This document shows, piece by piece, positions 56,432-64,000 of a stretch of 64,000 bases of DNA (the stretch's first letter is position 1; the number at the start of each line of letters is the position of its first letter). Made by a program: the position numbers and the translations under genes. The notes under the pieces were generated by a model. That model worked only from the letters and a program-made list of their open reading frames with translations, did not search any database and was not told the origin of the DNA. This stretch comes from a virus (lineage: Duplodnaviria; Caudoviricetes): IMG/VR virus record IMGVR_UViG_2690316366_000001, positions 44,555 to 108,554 of that record; one strand, 5' to 3'.

Positions 56432-58279
56432 ATGACGGCGCTTGCCAATTACTCGACCGGGACGGTGTCCGTCGCGGCCGGCGATACGATTGTGTCCGGA
56501 GTCGGAACGATCTGGTCCAGCACGAACGTGCGGCCCGGCGACATTCTCCAGATCGGCAATTTCCAGACGATCATCACCGACGTTACGGATCCAACGCATC
56601 TCGTCATCCCACCCTGGGGCGGCGGTGCGCAGGCAGCCGTTGCTTACGTCGTCTGGAAGGTATCGTCGCAGCGCATCGCCGGCGCGCAAGCGATGGCCGA
56701 CGTTTCGACACTCGTCGCGGCTCTGAATACGACCGGCTTCTTTTGGTTCGTCGACGTGTCGCTCGCTGCACCCGATCCTTCGCTCGGCTCGGATGGCCAG
56801 TACGCGCTGCAGCCTTCAACCGGAAAGATGTGGTTCCATGCCGGCGGCGCGTGGTCCTACCTTGGGATCTACAGGGGGTTCAATTTTCGAGGTGTCTACG
56901 ACAACGCCGCGACCTATGCAGTGGGCGACGTCCAGACGACGGCCGGCACGTCATATGTTTGGATCAACGCGACGCCAGGATCCGGCCATACCGCTCCGGA
57001 TGGGACATACTGGCAGGTGCTGGCGGCCAAGGGCGACAAGGGCGATACCGGCGCTGTGCCGTGGAGCAATACGACGGCCTGGGCAACAGCCACGAATTAC
57101 GTAGCCGCGCCGCCGACCTCGATCGTCGTGCACCCGATCAACAAAAATATTTATCAGTGCGTCGTCCCGCATCTGTCGGGTAACTTCGCAACCGATCTGG
57201 CGGCTGGCAAATGGCTGCTTATCGGTCAGAGTGCAACGGAGGCGACGAGCGCGACGGCGCTCGCGATCGGCGCGGGAACGAAGGTGTTCTCGGCGGTCAC
57301 AGGCTTTTCGTATCAGAACGGCGTCCGTCTGCGCGCGTCGTCGAATGCGTCGCCGACCAATTGGATGGAGGGCGTTTGTCTCTACGATCCCATTGCGCAG
57401 ATCATCACGATGACGGTCGACAAAACGGCCGGCGCCGGCACGTTTGGAGATTGGAATTTCAATCGCGTTGGTCAACCGGGTGCAGGCGATCTTACTTCGA
57501 GTCTCAATCTCTCCGACCTGACCAGCAAGCCGGCTGCGGTGGTGAATCTCGGTATTCCCGCGTTGCTGCGCGGGCACTTGTCAGGGTTGAAGATCACGTC
57601 GACGGGCGCCGCCACTTTCACTGTCTCGGCTGGCGTAGCGTGTGATCGCAATCAACTCGATATGATCGCGCTCAACGCTTCGATGACAAAGACTTCCGCC
57701 GCTTGGTCGGTTGGCACCGGTAACGGTTGTCTTGACACCGGTACACTCACGAGCGGTTTCTATCATGTATTCGTAATCAAGCATCCACTAGGTGTTGTTG
57801 ACATTCTCATGTCGTTGAGCGCAACGGCACCTACTTTGCCGTCCGGTTACACGATGTTCAGGCGCATCGGTGCGGTTTGGTGGTCAGTAAGTTCAACGTT
57901 CCTTCAAATCCTGCAGCGCGCGCGCGAATTTTGGTGGCCGGGAGTTGCTTTGGACATGGATACCGCGCTCGGATCGACGCTGCAAACCTATACGCTTGGC
58001 AGCATCCCGCCCGGTGTGCAGGTGCAAGCGATCCTGACGGTCATCGGTTGGTGCGCAACGCAAAATACGCAATGGTGGGTCCACGATGTTGCGGCTGTAG
58101 ATACCGCTCCGAATTTCACCAACGGAGCGACCGCGACGGAAGTGACGACCGTGTCAATGGGCAACTTCTCTGAAATACGCGTTTGGACGAATACATTGCG
58201 ACAGGTTGCAGCGCGAGCAAGCGCGGCGGGTGTCACGCTCCGCATCATTACGCGCGGTTGGTATGATCCGCTCGAATAG
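56432..58279 (+). CDS. Tail fibre protein with small carbohydrate-binding-like repeats
   Basis: YSTGTVSV N-terminus, YDNAATYAVGDV, KGDKGD, NLSDL, PTLPSGYT.FRRIG. Confidence 0.85.
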   Translation: MTALANYSTGTVSVAAGDTIVSGVGTIWSSTNVRPGDILQIGNFQTIITDVTDPTHLVIPPWGGGAQAAVAYVVWKVSSQRIAGAQAMADVSTLVAALNTTGFFWFVDVSLAAPDPSLGSDGQYALQPSTGKMWFHAGGAWSYLGIYRGFNFRGVYDNAATYAVGDVQTTAGTSYVWINATPGSGHTAPDGTYWQVLAAKGDKGDTGAVPWSNTTAWATATNYVAAPPTSIVVHPINKNIYQCVVPHLSGNFATDLAAGKWLLIGQSATEATSATALAIGAGTKVFSAVTGFSYQNGVRLRASSNASPTNWMEGVCLYDPIAQIITMTVDKTAGAGTFGDWNFNRVGQPGAGDLTSSLNLSDLTSKPAAVVNLGIPALLRGHLSGLKITSTGAATFTVSAGVACDRNQLDMIALNASMTKTSAAWSVGTGNGCLDTGTLTSGFYHVFVIKHPLGVVDILMSLSATAPTLPSGYTMFRRIGAVWWSVSSTFLQILQRAREFWWPGVALDMDTALGSTLQTYTLGSIPPGVQVQAILTVIGWCATQNTQWWVHDVAAVDTAPNFTNGATATEVTTVSMGNFSEIRVWTNTLRQVAARASAAGVTLRIITRGWYDPLE

Positions 58280-58290
58280 AGGAGGGCAGC

Positions 58291-58653
58291 ATGGGATTTG
58301 TAGCGCGAGACGATGCAGGAAAAATAGTCGGATGGTTTGCTTGTCAGCAGCCGGCGCCGATCGTGACCGAGCAGGTTGCGGATGATGACCCGGCGGTCAT
58401 TGCGTTTCTGAATCCGCCGCCGCCAGTGCCAGTTTCCTGTACCAAACTTGGGCTAAAGCGCGCCTTCGACGAATTGGGGACGTGGGCCACGGTTAGAGCA
58501 GCGATCGCCAACGACGCAAATGTTCAGGAAGAATGGGACCTTGCCACTGAGGTTCGGCGCGCTGATCCGCTCGTCCAACACATGATCACGACGATGAGCC
58601 TGACGGATCAGCAGGTCGACAATTTGCTGATACGAGCGAATGCGCTCGTCTAG
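58291..58653 (+). CDS. Putative tail fibre assembly protein
   Basis: Follows the fibre; W..ATEVRR.DPLV...L...QVD.L motif. Confidence 0.65.
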   Translation: MGFVARDDAGKIVGWFACQQPAPIVTEQVADDDPAVIAFLNPPPPVPVSCTKLGLKRAFDELGTWATVRAAIANDANVQEEWDLATEVRRADPLVQHMITTMSLTDQQVDNLLIRANALV

Positions 58654-58677
58654 GCCGGCTGACTAGCCACTCCACCG

Positions 58678-58701
58678 AAGCCGCTTCCGAGCGGCTTTTT
58701 T
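58678..58701 (+). terminator. Intrinsic terminator
   Basis: AAGCCGCT-TCCG-AGCGGCTT followed by TTTT. Confidence 0.75.
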
Positions 58702-58722
58702 CATGAGCAAAGGAGAACTGGG

Positions 58723-59508
58723 ATGACGATCGCAGCCCTCGTGGCGGCGAAACCCTTGCGCATGGGCGCATCGGGCGACGCTGTGAAACAGGTCCAACTC
58801 GCGCTGAAATCTGTCGGATATGCTCTTACCGGCACGGGTTGGTTTGGCCCGGCGACCGATACGGCAGTCGAGACGTTCCAGAAACGCGCCGGGCTCTATG
58901 TCGATGGCGAGGTCGGACCGCTCACGGGCGCCGCGCTCGATTTGGCTGTAGCGGGCAAGGTTCCAGTTCCGGCTCCAGCAAAGGAGATCGGTCGACCGCT
59001 TTGGCTCGAAGCCGGCATCAAGCTGATCGGAACGAAAGAGGGGGTTGGTTCGAAGGACAACCCGGTCATCATCGATTGGGCGAAGGACGAGGGCGGCGAT
59101 ATCGCTGCCGAATACACCCATGACTCGATCCCGTGGTGCGCTCTCTTCGCCAACCACATCCTGACCAAAGTTGGTCTCAAGGGCACCAAGACGCTTTGGG
59201 CGCTGGATTTCGCCGGTAACTGGCCGGCCGTGAAGCTGGCCGGTCCGGCGGTCGGCGCCTTCGCTCCGATGAAGCGGACCGGCGGCGGCCACATCATGGT
59301 CGTGGTCGGCAAGGATCAGCACCGCAACGTCATGGGGCTCGGTGGCAACCAGTCGGACGCCGTCAATATCGGGCCCTTCGCGACGTCGCGCCTCAACCAA
59401 GGCTTTTGGTGGCCGAAGGATGTGCCGCCGCCGCCGGCGAGCCAGATCGGCTTCAATCATCTTCCGGTCGTTCGCAGTGACGGCCGCGTGTCCACGAATG
59501 AGGCCTGA
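58723..59508 (+). CDS. Endolysin: peptidoglycan-binding domain plus CHAP/NlpC-like (TIGR02594-type) peptidase
   Basis: G.FGPAT..AV..FQ...GL.VDG.VGP.T; PWCALF, GGHI, LGGNQSD. Confidence 0.9.
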   Translation: MTIAALVAAKPLRMGASGDAVKQVQLALKSVGYALTGTGWFGPATDTAVETFQKRAGLYVDGEVGPLTGAALDLAVAGKVPVPAPAKEIGRPLWLEAGIKLIGTKEGVGSKDNPVIIDWAKDEGGDIAAEYTHDSIPWCALFANHILTKVGLKGTKTLWALDFAGNWPAVKLAGPAVGAFAPMKRTGGGHIMVVVGKDQHRNVMGLGGNQSDAVNIGPFATSRLNQGFWWPKDVPPPPASQIGFNHLPVVRSDGRVSTNEA

Positions 59509-59589
59509 CGGATCTCACCGATCCGTTTGAGGTCGCATAGCCCGCCGCGCGACGGACCTCGCGCATTTCCACATCCAAAAAGGTGAAAT

Positions 59590-60279
59590 ATGAACCGCAT
59601 CTACAGCGCGGCTTTTGCCGCGCCGCTTTTGCTTGCGCCGAGCTTGGCGCTGGCAGGCTCCAAGTCGCCCTTCGCTGCCGTGGGGCAAGCCTTCGATCCG
59701 ACCGGCACCCTGATCGTCGTGCTGCTCGGCCTGGTGCTGGCCGCCGTCGTCCTGCCGCGGAGTGTGCGGCCGTTCGCGCTCGTGTTTGCCGTGCTTGTCG
59801 GCGCATCCCTTGCGATCGACGTCGCCTTCGCGGCCGATGCCGCGGCTCCCGAGACCGTCGCTCAAACAACCAGCGACACCACGAAGGTGACGTGGGCATA
59901 TGGAGCCGCGATCTCGCAGTGGGCCAGCGCCATCGGGACGCTGATCCTCGCCTTCGTGACCTGGCTGCTCCGGAAGCTCCCGGCGCAGATCTACGCCGTC
60001 ATCGTCTCCATGCGCGCCGATCAGCTCATCTCGAAGGGGATCCACTACGCCATCAACATGGTGAAGGACGCTACGAAGGATAAGGCACTGACCGTCGACG
60101 TGCACAACCAGGTGCTGGCACAGGCTCTGCAGTACGTCCTTGACCACTCGCCGGACTGGCTGACCTCCTGGATGGGTGGCCCGGATGCCATCGCCCAGAA
60201 GATCATCGCCCGCCTGAACCTGGCGCCGGATGCCGTCCCGGACGTCACCGCCGCGGTCTCGAGCGTCTCCAAAACGTAA
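59590..60279 (+). CDS. Multi-pass membrane protein, probable holin
   Basis: Several hydrophobic segments; follows the endolysin. Confidence 0.55.
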   Translation: MNRIYSAAFAAPLLLAPSLALAGSKSPFAAVGQAFDPTGTLIVVLLGLVLAAVVLPRSVRPFALVFAVLVGASLAIDVAFAADAAAPETVAQTTSDTTKVTWAYGAAISQWASAIGTLILAFVTWLLRKLPAQIYAVIVSMRADQLISKGIHYAINMVKDATKDKALTVDVHNQVLAQALQYVLDHSPDWLTSWMGGPDAIAQKIIARLNLAPDAVPDVTAAVSSVSKT

Positions 60280-60288
60280 GGGCGCGTC

Positions 60289-60555
60289 ATGTTCAGCGGG
60301 GCAACGTTAGCCGCCGTCCTGACCGCCCTGCAGCCGCTCCTGGAGGCGTTCTTCAACGCCTTCGGGAGCTCGCTCAACGATTACTTGGCGCGGCAGCGTG
60401 CTGACCAGAACGCCAAGGATCTCGGCGCGGCTCAGGCCACGGTCCAGCAGCAGAACGCCACCATTGATGCGCAACAAGCCGAGCTCGAGGCGCAAGCCAA
60501 CGCCCCGAAATCGGTCGACGACGCCATCAAGCGGCTCGAGGAGGGCTCAGCGTGA
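60289..60555 (+). CDS. Putative i-spanin-like protein
   Basis: Hydrophobic N-terminus plus coiled coil; lysis position. Confidence 0.45.
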   Translation: MFSGATLAAVLTALQPLLEAFFNAFGSSLNDYLARQRADQNAKDLGAAQATVQQQNATIDAQQAELEAQANAPKSVDDAIKRLEEGSA

Positions 60556-60791
60556 CATTCACCTGTACGGGCTGGGCCTTCATCGCTGTCCAGCTTACCT
60601 GCACGATGCCAGATACGGCGCCGGCGGTCGTTTGTCCGCCGGTCCGCGCTTGGTCCCAGGACTTCCAGAAACTGGTTGCCACCGAGCTCCGGGCGGCGCC
60701 AAACAGCGCGCTCGCCGCGGTCGCGGTGCAGGCGATCGGTGACCGCGATATCGCCCGGGCCTGCGCTCGGCGCAAGAAGGCGGGGAAGTGA
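60552..60791 (+). CDS. Putative o-spanin-like protein
   Basis: Cys/Pro pattern (C...CPPV...D...RAC); no clear lipobox. Confidence 0.4.
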   Translation: MTFTCTGWAFIAVQLTCTMPDTAPAVVCPPVRAWSQDFQKLVATELRAAPNSALAAVAVQAIGDRDIARACARRKKAGK

Positions 60792-61318
60792 TGATGGGCG
60801 CTGCCGGCACGCCGGAGATCGTGACTCAGACGCTCGCCGGCATGGGCTTCGCCGGCGCCGTCATTACTGTCCTTCTCAGCACGATAGCAGCGCTCGTCAC
60901 GGGCCTTGTCGTCATCTTCCGGATCAACAATCGACTGCACGCCGAGCGGAAGATGGAGCTCGCCACATTCAGCAAGCTGGTCGAGGCCAACAACGCGGCC
61001 CTGACCAAGGTCGCAGAGTCGACCGAGGAGAGAAACAAGGTCACCGAAGCGCTCGCAGAAGCGATCAGAGTGCAGGCCACGGCTTTCGAGATGGTCAACC
61101 AGCGGATCGAATTCTACCACAACGGCAACATCGAAAAGCTGAAGGATGTTGCGCTAGCAATTGGGTCGCAGGCCGAGGCGGTGAGGGTGAACACCGGCAT
61201 GGTCACCGACGCCAGGAATGGGGTGCAGTCCTCCTTCAATACTGTCGTCGAAATGAAGGCGATGCTGGCGCAGGTCGCTGTGAAACTGGATGGAATGGTA
61301 TCGCGGAGGGGGCGATGA
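60791..61318 (+). CDS. Membrane-anchored coiled-coil protein
   Basis: TM AVITVLLSTIAALVTGLVVIF followed by heptad-like repeats. Confidence 0.65.
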   Translation: MMGAAGTPEIVTQTLAGMGFAGAVITVLLSTIAALVTGLVVIFRINNRLHAERKMELATFSKLVEANNAALTKVAESTEERNKVTEALAEAIRVQATAFEMVNQRIEFYHNGNIEKLKDVALAIGSQAEAVRVNTGMVTDARNGVQSSFNTVVEMKAMLAQVAVKLDGMVSRRGR

Positions 61319-61584
61319 ACCTTCTGCAGACCATTTTGCGTCAATTGCATCTCATCGATCCGTTTGATCATGACGAGATTGAGAAAGCGTCCGCGGAGAA
61401 TGCGCTCCACGATCATAACGTCACGATGCGTCGGCTCGATGCCGCAGATCGGAACATCGGCGAAGCCCAAGGCAAGTTGCGTGATTCAATTGAATATTCC
61501 CGAACCTCGAGTGTGAGGCAGTCGGACCCAATCGCCCAGCTCGTCCACGACATGAGGTCGTCGGGCCAACCTCACAGGAATTGA
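61315..61584 (+). CDS. Hypothetical protein (89 aa)
   Basis: GGAGG RBS; ATGA overlap. Confidence 0.6.
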   Translation: MNLLQTILRQLHLIDPFDHDEIEKASAENALHDHNVTMRRLDAADRNIGEAQGKLRDSIEYSRTSSVRQSDPIAQLVHDMRSSGQPHRN

Positions 61585-61585
61585 A

Positions 61586-61975
61586 ATGACGTCCAGGTTG
61601 ATCGAGGGATTGAGCGGAACGCTCTTCTTCCTGCTGGTTTTCGCTTGCACGATGTTCGTGGCTTACATGACGCGTGAAATCCTGCAAAACGGGTTTCACC
61701 GGACAAGACTCCAAGCCGCGATCTCGATCTTCGTGCTTCTCTTCTTTCAAGCGCTGATCTTCGGTCCGGTCTGGTGGATGTGCCATATCGAGAGCGCGGG
61801 CGCTGCGGTGAACTGGGACGGGCTCCGGTCGATCCTCATCGTGAGCTCGGCCGGCGAGATCCTCGGCATCGTCTGCGTCATCAGAGTATTTGCCCCGGAT
61901 AGTTGGGGACGCAACATCTGGTTCATTTCGTCGCTTGTCGCCGCCGGACTCGCCGCGGCGTTCTTCTACGTTTGA
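61586..61975 (+). CDS. Four-TM membrane protein
   Basis: Four hydrophobic segments. Confidence 0.7.
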   Translation: MTSRLIEGLSGTLFFLLVFACTMFVAYMTREILQNGFHRTRLQAAISIFVLLFFQALIFGPVWWMCHIESAGAAVNWDGLRSILIVSSAGEILGIVCVIRVFAPDSWGRNIWFISSLVAAGLAAAFFYV

Positions 61976-61988
61976 CGGGGACCGCCGC

Positions 61989-62171
61989 ATGGACCTGCTT
62001 TTGTGGGGGCTCGTCCTCCTCGGGGCGGCCGCGGTCGGCACCGGCTTTGTCATCGTGAATGTTTCGACCACGGCCGACGATCTGAACCTTGGATACGGTG
62101 CCGAGTTCGTCGGCATCCTCATCCTTGCCATCTGCCTGGTGCTGGCGAGCGTCGTAGGGGGGCTGACATGA
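61989..62171 (+). CDS. Small two-TM membrane protein
   Basis: MDLLLWGLVLLG...; two hydrophobic segments. Confidence 0.6.
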   Translation: MDLLLWGLVLLGAAAVGTGFVIVNVSTTADDLNLGYGAEFVGILILAICLVLASVVGGLT

Positions 62172-62497
62172 CAACGCGACTAGCTGACCTCGATCCGCGA
62201 TGGGTCATGAAAAACGGGAGCCGGGTGGGATTTACTTTCCGTTGTCCGACTGATCCACGGTGGCGCCAGCTCTGCAAGGTGGTGCCGCTTTCGACGCGTG
62301 AGCAATGGTCGCTTCTCAGCGGCGGCGAAGACGGGCATGAGGCTGAGCACACTCAGACCGCTAGGCACGACGTATGCTGGACGATCAAAGGCGGCATCGA
62401 AGCTGCCGAGTTCGATACGCTGACCGTCATGCCGTCGATCGATGGCAGTGCAGGCGGCCTTTGGCACGGCTTCATCACCAACGGCGAAGTTCGATAG
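62168..62497 (+). CDS. DUF6527-like hypothetical protein
   Basis: FRCP...W...G...LTVMPSI...WHGFITNGEV. Confidence 0.65.
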   Translation: MTTRLADLDPRWVMKNGSRVGFTFRCPTDPRWRQLCKVVPLSTREQWSLLSGGEDGHEAEHTQTARHDVCWTIKGGIEAAEFDTLTVMPSIDGSAGGLWHGFITNGEVR

Positions 62498-62647
62498 ACG
62501 TGATGGTGCCACCGAACGGAGCCAGACCGATCCAGCGCATGCCCGCGCCGCGATAAATCCGTCGTTGCGCTCCAAGTTGCGACGGTAACCAAGGGTTGTC
62601 GCGGAGCAATCGCGGCATCCTGGACTAGCGACCCAAAACGCGACTTG

Positions 62648-62682
62648 CCCGGCTGTCCCAAAGGGGATGGCCGGGCCTTTTT
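62648..62682 (+). terminator. Intrinsic terminator closing the late operon
   Basis: GCCCGGCTGTCCC-AAAG-GGGATGGCCGGGC followed by CTTTTT. Confidence 0.7.
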
Positions 62683-62960
62683 GCGTTTCTGAGCGCTCAC
62701 GGCGCGCTGGGACTTATTTCTTTTAGGCCACTTGCGCATGCGAGATTAGCCACCGCCTGAAGGGGCCGCTTCACGCGCGGCCGCTTGCCGGTCTGAGTAT
62801 CGAAAATTGGCTGGGAATGAAAATCTGGCCCGGCGAGGGCGCGTCAAATCTCCGTGGATAAACCGAGAGACGCCCTGTCAGCATAGGCAATTCGCCTTAT
62901 CCTCAGGTTCTATAACTGAGTCGCACAGCCTTATCGACAGGTTTTCCACAGGTTACAAAC

Positions 62961-63452
62961 ATGGCGTCACATCGCGAGATGCACGCTGTCAGCAGCGATC
63001 CGGCGAAGGTTCGAAATCTTGCCCTCAGCCTGCTCGCCTTAGCCAAGACAGCAGAGAGTGTCTTCACGGAATGGGAGTTGACATTCCTTAAAGACATTGC
63101 GGAGCAATCGGCGGAGATCATGTCGCTCACTCGCCAGGAGCGAAAGGATTTCAAGTTCAGTAAGGAACGTGCTGAGGCGCTACTTGCGTTGCGCGACTTT
63201 CGTCTCACCGCGCTTCAAGCAGAAAAGCTATTCGAAATTCGCGATGCTACCGAACTGCATGGAGACATAGCTGGCATCAGCGTCAGGAACCTAATCGTCC
63301 GCTGCCACGAAGCGCGGCTCGATCTGGATGAAGGTGATGAACGGTTCGTCGAGCGCCTCTGGAGAAGTGGTGTCGGGGAATTGCGGCGCAACGACTTGCT
63401 GCGCCTCAAGCGATGCAGCAAGCAACTGGGTGAACTGGAAGAGCATATGTGA
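62961..63452 (+). CDS. Hypothetical protein with two similar helical repeats
   Basis: TEWELTFLKDI...LTALQAEKL and DEGDERFVERL...LRRNDL. Confidence 0.65.
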   Translation: MASHREMHAVSSDPAKVRNLALSLLALAKTAESVFTEWELTFLKDIAEQSAEIMSLTRQERKDFKFSKERAEALLALRDFRLTALQAEKLFEIRDATELHGDIAGISVRNLIVRCHEARLDLDEGDERFVERLWRSGVGELRRNDLLRLKRCSKQLGELEEHM

Positions 63453-64000
63453 TGAGCCGTGAGCTTGTGGACGACTTTTCCAATTTCAAATCCGCCATTG
63501 TGTGGCCCGACGAACGAGAGCCGGAGGAAGCGCCGACAGGCGATTTTGTGCCTCTGCGCTTGGCGGTGGCGAAGGCCATCGAGAGCGCTGGAGAGAGCGT
63601 CGCAATGGCCGGTATCACGGAGAGCCCGATAGAAACCATATTTGGTGCGAAGCTCGCACTGGTGCTTCGACCAGTCTGTGAAGAGCTAGGTTGGGATTTC
63701 TCTATCGGTGCAGAATTGGGCGCTGATCTCGTTCTTTATCCACAGTACGCTCTCCAACGCTTCAGATACGATTTCGCCTTACTCGCGAAAGGACAAACGA
63801 GGCCGCTAATCCTAGTCGAATGCGACGGAAAGGACTTCCATTCGTCGCCGGAGCAGCAGGCAAACGACAGGCTGAAAGATCGGGCCGCCTTGAATGCGGG
63901 AATTCGATTGATCCGCTTTTCGGGCTCGGAGATAAATGGTGACGCGGACGGCTGCGTTCGCCAGACGCTTGCAGCATGTGTCAGTGCAGCGTTGCGATGA
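63452..64000 (+). CDS. DUF559/Vsr-like endonuclease-domain protein
   Basis: ESPIE, Q....RYDF, VECDGKDFH, DRLKDR, LIRFSGSEI. Confidence 0.85.
   Translation: MSRELVDDFSNFKSAIVWPDEREPEEAPTGDFVPLRLAVAKAIESAGESVAMAGITESPIETIFGAKLALVLRPVCEELGWDFSIGAELGADLVLYPQYALQRFRYDFALLAKGQTRPLILVECDGKDFHSSPEQQANDRLKDRAALNAGIRLIRFSGSEINGDADGCVRQTLAACVSAALR

Larger units (their letters stand above)
1..62500. mobile_element. Temperate siphovirus-type prophage (HK97-like head, lambda-like tail); left end with integrase/repressor lies outside the window, right boundary uncertain
   Basis: Syntenic replication, HNH, terminase, portal, protease, capsid, neck, tail tube, chaperones, tape measure, tail tip, fibre and lysis genes. 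Confidence 0.95.

Noticed and set aside
56432-58653. Diversity-generating retroelement or invertible tail-fibre switch
   Set aside because: No reverse transcriptase, invertase or duplicated template region seen.

Overview
The window holds most of a temperate, HK97-head, long-tailed (siphovirus-type) prophage of a high-GC alphaproteobacterium. The cargo genes look Bradyrhizobium-like, which is an inference. Left to right: (1) a replication/modification module at 1-9.6 kb (RuvC-like resolvase, phage beta-clamp, two DNA methyltransferases, primase, DnaB); (2) a low-GC secreted-protein moron, a putative late activator and the packaging HNH; (3) a 13.2-kb minus-strand island of about 27 mostly small genes (13792-27034) between the HNH and the probable cos/terS; (4) head, neck and tail genes, interrupted by four signal-peptide genes and a signalling moron; (5) a lysis module and two downstream accessory genes. 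No integrase, repressor or att site is visible. The island is the main discovery. Twelve of its genes carry the same covarying RNA-type hairpin (GSGCR-AUNG-UGCSY-AA) 17-21 nt before the start codon. A second, strictly polar ~18-bp motif is interleaved, including inside genes. Two related HTH genes sit near its ends, it encodes ArdC-like and DUF3560-methyltransferase anti-restriction-type cargo, and its cos-proximal 6 kb has a skewed word composition. It looks like a first-injected anti-defence region with its own regulatory code. All family assignments are by-eye motif recognition, not database searches.
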